Virus record (IMG/VR): IMGVR_UViG_3300038825_001395
Source of the DNA: an uncultured virus (IMG/VR IMGVR_UViG_3300038825_001395)
Lineage: Duplodnaviria > Heunggongvirae > Uroviricota > Caudoviricetes
Length of the DNA: 20,000 nucleotides
Strand: one strand, 5' to 3'
Position numbers and translations under genes: made by a program. How positions within the stretch are numbered: the first letter of the stretch is position 1; every line of letters starts with the position of its first letter. Positions 10,101 to 17,134 of this stretch are shown here, one piece after another. The notes under the pieces are model-generated. The model was not told where the DNA came from. It worked only from the letters and a program-made list of their open reading frames with translations, and did no database searches.

Positions 10101-10392
10101 GAACATCTTCTCTTGAAACATTATTTAAATTACAATCATGATTGCCTGGTACAACCAATAAGTCGGATATATCAGCAAGATTTAAAAAGAACTCTGCTAC
10201 TAATCTTGTTTCTTCAGGTGAGGTGTCTAATTTTCCATGAACAATATCACCACCTATGTATATTAAGTCTGGTTTTACTTCTTTTAACTTTACATATAAT
10301 CTATCAAACACATCTCTGTATTCTACAAACCTATGTAGTTTTCTAATGTGAATATCTGCTAAATGAGCAATCTTATTTATCTTCTTATCCAT
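7192..10392 (-). CDS. Fused SbcD/Mre11 nuclease - SbcC/Rad50 ATPase (T4 gp47-gp46-like recombination nuclease), ~1066 aa
   Basis: Metallophosphoesterase motifs ADIH, GGDIVH, GNHD, GDIH, YPGS. Walker A APNHSGKS, coiled coils with central CEDC zinc hook, signature LSSGME, Walker B LVIDEGFGTLD, H-loop ISH. Start moved to ATG 10392, which overlaps the primase stop (ATGGATAA). Confidence 0.92.
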   Translation of the reverse strand: MDKKINKIAHLADIHIRKLHRFVEYRDVFDRLYVKLKEVKPDLIYIGGDIVHGKLDTSPEETRLVAEFFLNLADISDLLVVPGNHDCNLNNVSREDVLSPIVDLVKQINPRIHFWKKTGVYEMGGCQFGHLSVFDITKDGKPNAKNIPRAKDIDGDHKIAIYHGGVGNFQVDTGLVMSDEHVNVIDFDGYDLVLLGDIHKRQFLNNDETIAYPGSLIQQNFAEAPDHGFLLWDVEKRKSEFVQVENDYGFKTIRVEDDEIKSKMNFVPRYGNLKIKHKGTSAEKLRLIEMDLRKTYSELKSISFEKLDSIENIMNNSNTKISIEDIHDLKVQNNLIDKMARLENPAIDDKTIQRLFDINEFTNSSIGMKNELPKNVDWKLKYIEFDNMFSYGKNNKVDFTKLNGVVGVVAPNHSGKSALIDAIAYTIFDTCSRTFKAIEVLNNKSKNFEVKLSLEVNGVDYIIHRTGKLKVRTSRKTGEVRKLCPVSVKFYVIENDEMIDLSGAARSNSQYGSGTNEEIKSILGTFDDFILTSLSLQNNGQNFVDKKQAERKKILSQFMGIDLFDKLYDIAREDVSDEKGYLKRIKDKNVFQKMGKLEQTLVDLGEKKDELEQKIKPIETDIKEFKEEIVELNSKLKDVGDVKELDFDKLIEETTTKLEEQQSTLASENEYRENLRPLYNQIFDQIKVYDEDDLNKKHEEYLKQKTNLSDIEKEIERVEMAIDLLEKQITELDKYHYNKDCEDCLRNGDHQIKDKESAVKDLGDATISYQLLIEQQNSIVLDETIVKTKQKYDGMVEDLKRVEGDAYKTHAKVKELELLVEQTQSTLKKITEEQAIFLDNEVAIAHNYNLTQKINKLETQVRIASDILDENKKDLAITESSILIEQTNQKNLGEEIKDLVKAEQKVSDYEIYLRLVNRDGIPQLIINDALPIIENEVNTVLDHMMAGFQLGITSEDKSINLYIKYDDQEWPLSLSSGMEKFVSSLALRVGLINVSNLPSPNFLVIDEGFGTLDTDNLSNMKGAFDYLKTRFDSVFIISHLDTIKDFMDYLLPVNVDDKGFSKVIYN

Positions 10393-11299
10393 ATAACTTT
10401 GCCTGTATTGAATCACTAAAACTAGCCGATTCAGTTGAGTTTATTAATGTTGTTATTTTTTCCCAACCCAAATCATTCGGGTCTTGGTCTTTCGGTAATT
10501 TTACTACTTTACTATCTATCCCAAAATCCTTAAAGAACTCTGACATAACATAAGCATCTTTCTTTGCATCATCATCAAGAGCAATATAAATTGTCTTAAC
10601 ATTTTTTTCAAAAATCTTTTGTAACAAACTTTTTGATGGTTTCTTACTTAACATCGGTATAGCGTTTGACCTAATAGACATAGCATCAAACACACCTTCA
10701 CACAATATAATTGGTTTTGACCAAGCAATATACCAATCAAATGGTATTACATCTCTTGATACATTTGGGTTTTTATACTTCATCTTTTCACCGACAAAAG
10801 AGCGACCAACAAAATAATTAAGTAATCCCATATGGTCATAACTTGGAATGATTATTCTGCCTTCATATAAACCTGAATCACAGAAACCTATTTTATATTT
10901 TTTTATATCCCAATCAGTAATACCTCTTTTATGTAAAAATGATTTTGCTTGATTACGGTAAATAGATTTACTAACTTTCCAAAGAGCTTGAAAATCTCTT
11001 GGTAAAGATACAATAACCTTTGATTCAGTTTCATCTTTTGATTTACTTGGAGTAAATACTAAATCTTTAAGCTCGGTAAAATACCTAGTGTCAGCATTTA
11101 CTTTTTTAAATAGTGAGTAAATAGAATGACCACCTTGATTACTAACCCAACAATGCCACTTCTGTGATTCTATGTTGACCTGTAACTTAGGCTTATAGTG
11201 ACTAACAAACGGAGAGTAAAACATATACTCATCTGCTTTGGTTAGGTTTTTACTTTTACTATTTAATGTTCTTTCTAATAGATAAACTAATTTATTCAT
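10385..11299 (-). CDS. DNA primase (DnaG-like, TOPRIM domain), ~304 aa
   Basis: FLHKRGI, GRIIIP, YFVGR, KYKNP, CEGVFDA, ALDDDA and DPND motifs. N-terminal zinc-binding-like region SPFVSH..WHCWVS. Start moved to ATG 11299, overlapping the upstream stop. Confidence 0.88.
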   Translation of the reverse strand: MNKLVYLLERTLNSKSKNLTKADEYMFYSPFVSHYKPKLQVNIESQKWHCWVSNQGGHSIYSLFKKVNADTRYFTELKDLVFTPSKSKDETESKVIVSLPRDFQALWKVSKSIYRNQAKSFLHKRGITDWDIKKYKIGFCDSGLYEGRIIIPSYDHMGLLNYFVGRSFVGEKMKYKNPNVSRDVIPFDWYIAWSKPIILCEGVFDAMSIRSNAIPMLSKKPSKSLLQKIFEKNVKTIYIALDDDAKKDAYVMSEFFKDFGIDSKVVKLPKDQDPNDLGWEKITTLINSTESASFSDSIQAKLYG

Positions 11300-11795
11300 A
11301 TAAGGCACATACTAATGCGTCATAAGCATCCATGTTTCTTTTATCCCATAATCCTGTCTTAGTTAATTTAACATATTCTTCTAAAGAATACAAGCAATTT
11401 ATTTGTTTTTTTACAAAATCTTTTGCTGATACTCCTTTTTCACGAGATTTACCAAAGAGATTTTTTCTCGCTGTCATAGGGTTAATACCATCTACTATTT
11501 CTCCATAAGCAAACTCTAAACAATATACTAATACTGCATTAAACTTTGCTAACTTTATGATTGTTTGTTGTGATGTTCTACCACGCATAAAACCAGACAA
11601 ACTATCTTCTATATAGATTTTATCAATTTCATCAAAAGGATCTAACTTATTGACTTCATCTAATGTAAGTTTTACTTTGTCTCTTATTGTTTTTTCTTTG
11701 TTGATGGGTATGAAACCCATATCAATAACTTTTTTGTTTTCAACAAATGCATATCCAACTGTTGTGGTAGAGGCATCCAAACCTAATATTTTCAC
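11292..11795 (-). CDS. RuvC-like Holliday junction resolvase (RNase H fold)
   Basis: ILGLDASTTTVGYA, YIED and C-terminal DAYDAL acidic catalytic motifs. GTG start overlaps the upstream TGA (GTGA). Confidence 0.82.
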   Translation of the reverse strand: MKILGLDASTTTVGYAFVENKKVIDMGFIPINKEKTIRDKVKLTLDEVNKLDPFDEIDKIYIEDSLSGFMRGRTSQQTIIKLAKFNAVLVYCLEFAYGEIVDGINPMTARKNLFGKSREKGVSAKDFVKKQINCLYSLEEYVKLTKTGLWDKRNMDAYDALVCALYE

Positions 11796-12355
11796 TTATA
11801 TATGTTTTTCCTATTAATCCTTAAATAATCTTTTGCCATTTTACGACCAAACTTTTCTGCTTTCTTTTCAAAGTAGTTATCATCGTGAAAATCACCACCC
11901 CTTTCAACAGCCTTATTCATTTCCATCTCATATCTTTGTTTATATTTTTTCTTACCAAACTTTTTAGCGTCTATAGCGTGGTCTATTTCGTGAAAAACTG
12001 TAACTAAAAAATCTTTGAAATCTGATGTTGGTGTTATATAAATAGTATCTGTATCTACATTATAATCAGCTTTATTTCCAGCTCTTTTAGCAAATACAAT
12101 CTTTGATTTTAATCCAGCTTTATTTACTATCTGTTTTGCTGTATCATGAAAATCTACTCTTTCATTTACTTCTGTCTTTGGAGCTATTCTAAAATTCACA
12201 ACTTTTCTTCCGTTTATCGTTGGCATTCCGTGTTCATCTTTTCCAATAGACTTAACAACTATCTTTTTGTTCTTAAACCTACCCCCTAATATAACATCGC
12301 CAGGTTTAATATCCAAGACAATTCTTTCTAAAAGTAAATCTTTTAATTTAACCAT
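11792..12355 (-). CDS. Hypothetical phage protein with HExxH zinc-metallopeptidase-like motif, ~187 aa
   Basis: VFHEIDHA plus downstream NYFEKKA. N-terminal MVKLKDLLLE leader. Start moved to ATG 12355, overlapping the upstream stop. Confidence 0.65.
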   Translation of the reverse strand: MVKLKDLLLERIVLDIKPGDVILGGRFKNKKIVVKSIGKDEHGMPTINGRKVVNFRIAPKTEVNERVDFHDTAKQIVNKAGLKSKIVFAKRAGNKADYNVDTDTIYITPTSDFKDFLVTVFHEIDHAIDAKKFGKKKYKQRYEMEMNKAVERGGDFHDDNYFEKKAEKFGRKMAKDYLRINRKNIYK

Positions 12356-12872
12356 AATTAACCACCCTAGCATCCATCTTAATATTTGGGTATTTACCTT
12401 TTAGTTTTTTTACAGCACTTACATTTTTTGGTGAGTCATCAAGAAATAATATATTATCATATCCCTTTTCTATTTGACCTTGTATCCAATCAGCTTTTTT
12501 CTTGGGATTACTATCTCCTAATGCTACAACATAAACATCATTAAACCCAACATCCTTTAAAAACTTTCTTACGGGTTTGTAAGCAGCCCTAGCAGTTAAA
12601 ATGGTTAATCTTCTACTACCACTAGCTTTATAAATGTTTTTAAATACTCTGAACATAGCTTTTATTTTTTTTGGTTCTATGACTTTATCAAAATCAGAAA
12701 AGTCAAACTCATCACCAGGTTTTTTATTATAGACAGCAAACTCACCAGGCGTTAAGGTTTTCTTTTTACCTTTATTTATAACAAACACTTTAGAATTAGA
12801 TTTAACTAAGGTATCATCAAAATCAAATACCCTTAGTTTTTTTTCTAAAATTAAATCAAGAAGTTTAATCAT
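12348..12872 (-). CDS. HAD-superfamily phosphatase, ~174 aa
   Basis: Motif I VFDFDDTL, motif II ILTAR, motif III K, motif IV FLDDSPKN. MIKLLDLILE leader. Start moved to ATG 12872. Confidence 0.8.
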   Translation of the reverse strand: MIKLLDLILEKKLRVFDFDDTLVKSNSKVFVINKGKKKTLTPGEFAVYNKKPGDEFDFSDFDKVIEPKKIKAMFRVFKNIYKASGSRRLTILTARAAYKPVRKFLKDVGFNDVYVVALGDSNPKKKADWIQGQIEKGYDNILFLDDSPKNVSAVKKLKGKYPNIKMDARVVNYG

Positions 12873-13287
12873 CCTTTTCGCCAAAAGCTTTCTTACCCCA
12901 AATGTAAGAAATCTTATCATCCTTTATAGGACCACCTTTAGCCCAAGTATTACAAGAACGAGCAGAATGACATTTGAAATGATGCATCCAACAATATCCC
13001 AATACACCTGAGTCATCTGATACTTCACCTGGCATACACTCTAACATTCTCGGTGATATGTCAAATGCTGTACAATTACCACAAAGAGATGTTCTGGCTG
13101 CTTCTACGGATGTGTTCCACTTATCAGCAATCTTTTCCCAATAGTCACCAGGCTCATCAGGATTAAGAGGACCATACATATGATTTTTTACAGTTTCATC
13201 TCTGTTTCTTGTATTAAGCTCAACATCTTGAGTTGATGGTGGGCACTCTTTAAACTTTTGTTCTAATAGGTCTTGTAGTTTTATCAT
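12865..13287 (-). CDS. Cys/His-rich hypothetical phage protein (possible metal-binding), 140 aa
   Basis: CGNC..C..GYCWMHHFKCHSARSC pattern. MIKLQDLLE leader. ATGA overlap with the upstream stop. Confidence 0.7.
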   Translation of the reverse strand: MIKLQDLLEQKFKECPPSTQDVELNTRNRDETVKNHMYGPLNPDEPGDYWEKIADKWNTSVEAARTSLCGNCTAFDISPRMLECMPGEVSDDSGVLGYCWMHHFKCHSARSCNTWAKGGPIKDDKISYIWGKKAFGEKDD

Positions 13288-14030
13288 TTTATCCCCTTAA
13301 GAATAAGTTGTTTTTCTATCCACTTTTTACCTAGATAATTTTTAATTGGTTGTTTAATAAACTTATTAATACCCTTTTTCATTAACATATCAAATTTATC
13401 TTTTGCCTTTTTTTCATCCAATGTTTTAGAATTATCAACCATAAGAAAATTAGCATTTCCAAAAAGACCTTGAAATGATATTCTATTTTTTTGTACTTCA
13501 TTCCAAGATGTTTCTACTAATTCAGGATTAAGTTTTCTAGGTCTTTCCATGTTTCTTTGTTGAGCTACATCTAAATCTGTATGAACAAATACCATATAAC
13601 AATCATAACCTATTGCTTCTAACTCTCTTTTTTGTTCTAATATCTTTCCGTATTTATGACCGGTGCCATCTATGATTAATCCCAATCTACCATTCATATA
13701 CATTTTTTTTCTTTGAGCAGTTAGTTCTTTTGCTCTACCCCTCATCCCACTATAATCATCATAATCAGGATCAGTAAGTTGTCTGAATAGTTCTTCTGGC
13801 ATATCATCTAAGTCTAAACCAAAACCATATTTTTTTAACATTCTTTCTAATTCTTTATCTTGATTAACAAGTTTTAGTCCATAAGCAGATACATTAATTT
13901 TTTTTGGTATTCCAAATAACCCTTGAGCAACAAAAGATTTACCACTACCAGGTCCTCCAGCAAGAAATACTGCCTTGAGAATACCTTTGTCCATAACACC
14001 TTCTGTAAGTATATCCTTTAACTTTACCAT
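13284..14030 (-). CDS. P-loop kinase (AAA_33 / zeta-toxin / polynucleotide-kinase-like), ~248 aa
   Basis: KAVFLAGGPGSGKS Walker A, LIIDGTG Walker B-like, lid RNMERPR. MVKLKDILTE leader. Start moved to ATG 14030. Confidence 0.8.
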   Translation of the reverse strand: MVKLKDILTEGVMDKGILKAVFLAGGPGSGKSFVAQGLFGIPKKINVSAYGLKLVNQDKELERMLKKYGFGLDLDDMPEELFRQLTDPDYDDYSGMRGRAKELTAQRKKMYMNGRLGLIIDGTGHKYGKILEQKRELEAIGYDCYMVFVHTDLDVAQQRNMERPRKLNPELVETSWNEVQKNRISFQGLFGNANFLMVDNSKTLDEKKAKDKFDMLMKKGINKFIKQPIKNYLGKKWIEKQLILKGIK

Positions 14031-15289
14031 TTTTTGCAACTCCAATATCTAGCTTTATGTCTTGGTCCTGGAGTATCACAATTATGTCTTGCTCTAAAGT
14101 TTCTACGAGCATCAGGATTAGACTTACGGATTCTCATAGTTTTACCTTTAGCAGAACTACCACCGTGTCCAAAATTTACCTTGACAACATTACCTTTATC
14201 ATTTTTTACATATACTTTAAACTTCTTTACATCACCTTGCATTGGCTTACCAAGTTTTACTTTTCTACCTTGATATTCTGCCTCTACTAAACCTGTCATT
14301 GTGTATCCAAATGAACCATCTTCATTCCATATGTCATATGATTCTTTTTTTACACAATTAGGATACTTTTTACCAAACATAGTTTTCATACCCTTTTGTG
14401 TATATCCTTTCCAACAGGCTTCACATAAACATTGATTTTCATTTACACCTTCTTTTTTAGATTTATTACCCCAATTCTTAGCACCGACCTTACGGCACTT
14501 TACAAGAGCACCACTTGCGTAAGCTGATGGCCAGACATCATAACGGGCTTTTACCTTATGATAACAAGCATCTTTTTTTTCATATATCTCTTCTGTTTGT
14601 TTAGCACATTCATCATGTTGACATAGTTTCATTACATTCTCCTGCTTCTTTCGTCCAGCACAATGTGCTTTCTGACTAAACCCCTTTGGGTTATTACAAT
14701 CAATACTTTTTTTATATTTATCAGACCAACCTTCATTTCTTTGTTTGGTTTTTTTCTTCATCTTATTAATAAACTTTCTATACACAGCAGCCTGAGATGA
14801 CTTACCCATCTCTCTGGCTCTTTGTTCCATAGCAACAGCTGCCTGTATTTTATGGGCATGAGACTTACCACTACCTTTTATTTTAGATACTGACTTTTCA
14901 GCATCCTTAACAGTAGCAAACTTCAATCCCTTTATTGTACCTTTTGGATTTTCATCCGTATACAAATCTGAATGACTTGGTGAGTTTCTATGTTGACCTT
15001 TCTTACGAGGTTTTCTTGGAGCTTCACCCAAAAGAGAATATCCCAAGATAGCCATAGCTTTATCTCTTGGAGAATCCCCTCTAAATTTTTTAACTACTTT
15101 TTTGTAATTCTTCTTTATCATATCTGTAGCATCTTTAGTAGACCTTCCATATTGTGTGAGAATTTTATGTATTGTTTTTATTTCAGACTCACTTATCTTT
15201 CCAATCATACCTAATGGTCTAGGACCACATCTCTTTCTGTATTGTGCTACTGTCTCGGTATTACTTTTATGTCCACAAGGTAAAGACAT
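14024..15289 (-). CDS. Basic, Cys-containing modular hypothetical phage protein (421 aa)
   Basis: String of short modules recognisable from large/T4-like phage hypothetical proteins (HSDLYTDENPKG; KYKKSIDCNNPKGFSQKAHC; DACYHKVKARYDVWPSAYASGALVKCRK; ACWKGY..PNCVK; AEYQGRKVKL..VKVNFG..ARYWSC). TAATG coupling to the upstream gene. Confidence 0.75.
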   Translation of the reverse strand: MSLPCGHKSNTETVAQYRKRCGPRPLGMIGKISESEIKTIHKILTQYGRSTKDATDMIKKNYKKVVKKFRGDSPRDKAMAILGYSLLGEAPRKPRKKGQHRNSPSHSDLYTDENPKGTIKGLKFATVKDAEKSVSKIKGSGKSHAHKIQAAVAMEQRAREMGKSSQAAVYRKFINKMKKKTKQRNEGWSDKYKKSIDCNNPKGFSQKAHCAGRKKQENVMKLCQHDECAKQTEEIYEKKDACYHKVKARYDVWPSAYASGALVKCRKVGAKNWGNKSKKEGVNENQCLCEACWKGYTQKGMKTMFGKKYPNCVKKESYDIWNEDGSFGYTMTGLVEAEYQGRKVKLGKPMQGDVKKFKVYVKNDKGNVVKVNFGHGGSSAKGKTMRIRKSNPDARRNFRARHNCDTPGPRHKARYWSCKKW

Positions 15290-15636
15290 TACTTCTTTGG
15301 TTTGGTATTAACTCTTATTGGTTTCTTACCACCACCCTTTAAATCCGATGTTCCACCTCTACCAGCTTTATTTTGAGCTGCTCTTTTTCTACGAGTTGCT
15401 GATTGTTTTTGTTTTTTGGTCATACCAGCAGCTTTTGATTTAGGAACACATTTAGCATAGCCTCTTGTTTTACCACTAGTTCCACAAGGGGGATGTTTAC
15501 CGGATTTATCTTTCTTACCGATGTTAACCCATTTATCAGAAAACCATTTCTTTAGATTTTCATCTACAAGGTTTCCACAATGAATACAGGTATTTTCATC
15601 AAAAATACTTTCTACTATTTTTCTTAAATGTATCAT
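15289..15636 (-). CDS. Basic hypothetical phage protein (115 aa)
   Basis: MIHLRKIVE..E leader. LKKWFSDKWV..PCG..YAKCVPKSKA module of the same kind as in the adjacent gene. Confidence 0.72.
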   Translation of the reverse strand: MIHLRKIVESIFDENTCIHCGNLVDENLKKWFSDKWVNIGKKDKSGKHPPCGTSGKTRGYAKCVPKSKAAGMTKKQKQSATRRKRAAQNKAGRGGTSDLKGGGKKPIRVNTKPKK

Positions 15637-15643
15637 TACATCT

Positions 15644-15651
15644 ATAAATAT
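15644..15651 (-). promoter_or_regulatory. ATATTTAT motif 7 nt upstream of ATG 15636; putative phage promoter for the 15636-7192 operon
   Basis: Minus strand reads ATATTTAT-AGATGTA-ATG, with the same spacing as at 6968-6975. All genes from 15636 to 7192 overlap start/stop, consistent with one transcript. Confidence 0.5.
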
Positions 15652-15681
15652 AATGTAAAAAAGAAAGGTTACTAATTAGTA

Positions 15682-16746
15682 TTATTTTAATATTGTTACT
15701 TTAGTTTTTTTGTAATTGGATACTAAAAAGTATATGCCACTTGGAACATCAGATGTATTCCAATTGTAATTTTTATTTATAATTTTTTCTTCAACTAACC
15801 TACCATTCATATCATAAATACCAATTAACCCATTAGCTATTATATTAACATTACTATTTGATGGATTAGGATAAGCAGATAATTTTGGTATTAATTTATT
15901 GAAAGTATTTTGGTCTAATACTGATTCTAAAAATGCTATAGCTTGTTGTTGATTACCACCAATCACTATCTGAACTAATCTTATTACATCAAGAATATTC
16001 ATCACACCATCGCCATTTACATTACCAGCTTCATATCCACATTGACTATCATTGTCTCCTAATATAATATCAACTAATATTAAAATGTCTGTTAAACTTA
16101 TAATTAAATCTCCATTTACATCTCCACCAGTCCATATTAAATTATTACAAGCATCACATACATCACCAATCTCATCACCATCCGTATCTACTTGATTTGG
16201 GTTATACCCATCAATACAATTATCATTATCATCAAATATACCATCGGCATCAGTATCTAAAACTAAATTTTCTATTCCTTCATTTATAGAATTTATTATC
16301 ATCGTTTGATTAAAACCGGATTCGGAAAGTAATACTTCACCATCACCACCTATGACAATATTATGCGGGATATAACCTGTTCCAAATAATCCATAGATAT
16401 TACTAACATCATCTAAGATAGGATATGTTAAACCAAAGGCTGTTCCCCATTCCTCACAACTATAAGGTTGATTCCATTCACTACCTATAGCAATCACCTC
16501 TAATACTGATTCATCATAATCTTGAAATATATCTTCTGTAAGTGGAGCCTCCACTTGACAACTTGGTCACCAACTGGTAAATAGATTTATCCAAACAACC
16601 TTATCCCTACCATCGGTATCATAATACCAAGTGCCTTCACCATTTTGACATATAGGAGCAGAGAAGTTATTTACATAATCTCCTACTTGATATGTTTGTC
16701 CTATTAATATTTGTAATGTAAATATCAGTAATATTATTTTATTCAT
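15682..16746 (-). CDS. Secreted redoxin (TlpA/AhpC-like) selenoprotein, 354 aa: signal peptide - UxxC thioredoxin-fold domain - TSP3 Ca-binding repeats - dockerin - T9SS-type C-terminal domain
   Basis: From ATG 16746 (overlapping the upstream stop) it reads MNKIILLIFTLQILIGQTYQVGDYVNNFSAPICQNGEGTWYYDTDGRDKVVWINLFTSW-TGA-PSCQVEAP.., in frame with the 290-aa ORF. TGA is codon 60 (16569-16567), at the first Cys position of WCxxC. Later motifs: YPIL..YIPHNIVIG (redoxin), DTDADG..DNC..NPNQVDTDGDEIGDVCD (TSP3), GDVNGD..TDILILV / GNVNGDGVMNILDVI (dockerin), YPNPSN..IYDMNGRLV..SGIYF..KVTILK (CTD). Confidence 0.88.
16537..16560 (-). promoter_or_regulatory. Putative bacterial SECIS hairpin
   Basis: mRNA reads UGA-CCAAGU-UGU-C-AAGUGGA-GGC-UCCACUU-ACA: a 7-bp perfect upper stem with a G-initiated loop 17 nt after the UGA, a bulged C and a 3-bp lower stem. 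Confidence 0.72.
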
Positions 16747-17134
16747 AAGCTCTCATTTTCTTTTTTATAACTAAAATGTAATTATCTATTACATCTGTAT
16801 TGACTTTATCCTTTTCCATCTTTTCTTTTTTAGCTACCAACTTACCATAAACTTTCTGTAAATCTAAAAGAGATAATGACCTCATAGATTTTCTGTAATA
16901 TAATTTATTGAGAGCTTCATCTTCAGCTTCTGCTCCACGAACTCCAGCAACTGTTGTTACTTTTTCTATCTCATAGTCTTTAATAGTAACTTCTTTAATT
17001 TCTTCCCACACGGTGTTTTCCCACATGGCATCTAAATCAAGTTCTTCTGTTGTGTCTTGACTAAAACTCAAGTTTAACAGGATACTCAGCCAAAATAAAG
17101 TTAAGACTATCGTAGGTATAATACCAAATCTCAT
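16739..17134 (-). CDS. Secreted hypothetical protein (131 aa) with TVAGVRGAEA motif
   Basis: Signal-peptide-like N-terminus ending LSFS|QD. AGGAGA SD upstream of the ATG. Overlaps the last pilin gene by 74 bp. Confidence 0.72.
   Translation of the reverse strand: MRFGIIPTIVLTLFWLSILLNLSFSQDTTEELDLDAMWENTVWEEIKEVTIKDYEIEKVTTVAGVRGAEAEDEALNKLYYRKSMRSLSLLDLQKVYGKLVAKKEKMEKDKVNTDVIDNYILVIKKKMRAYE

Noticed and set aside
13284..14030. Zeta toxin-antitoxin module
   Set aside because: Only a generic P-loop kinase fold is evident, with no recognisable epsilon-like antitoxin next to it.
10392..14045. Longest-ORF starts in the track (10416, 11308, 12373, 12920, 14045)
   Set aside because: Downstream ATGs at 10392, 11299, 12355, 12872 and 14030 overlap the previous stop codons and, for three genes, expose the shared leader, so they are the more likely starts.
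15655..15681. Terminator after the selenoprotein gene (palindrome TACTAATTAGTA plus T-rich tract)
   Set aside because: The stem is short, almost all A-T and has no proper loop, so it cannot be called with confidence.
16567..16569. Genome-wide TGA reassignment (Trp/Gly), or a pseudogene, as the explanation for the in-frame TGA
   Set aside because: TGA acts as a normal stop at 11792 and 13284 (both overlapping the next start), long genes have no internal TGA, and the neighbouring Trp uses TGG. A random nonsense codon is unlikely to fall on the catalytic Cys with a hairpin right after it.
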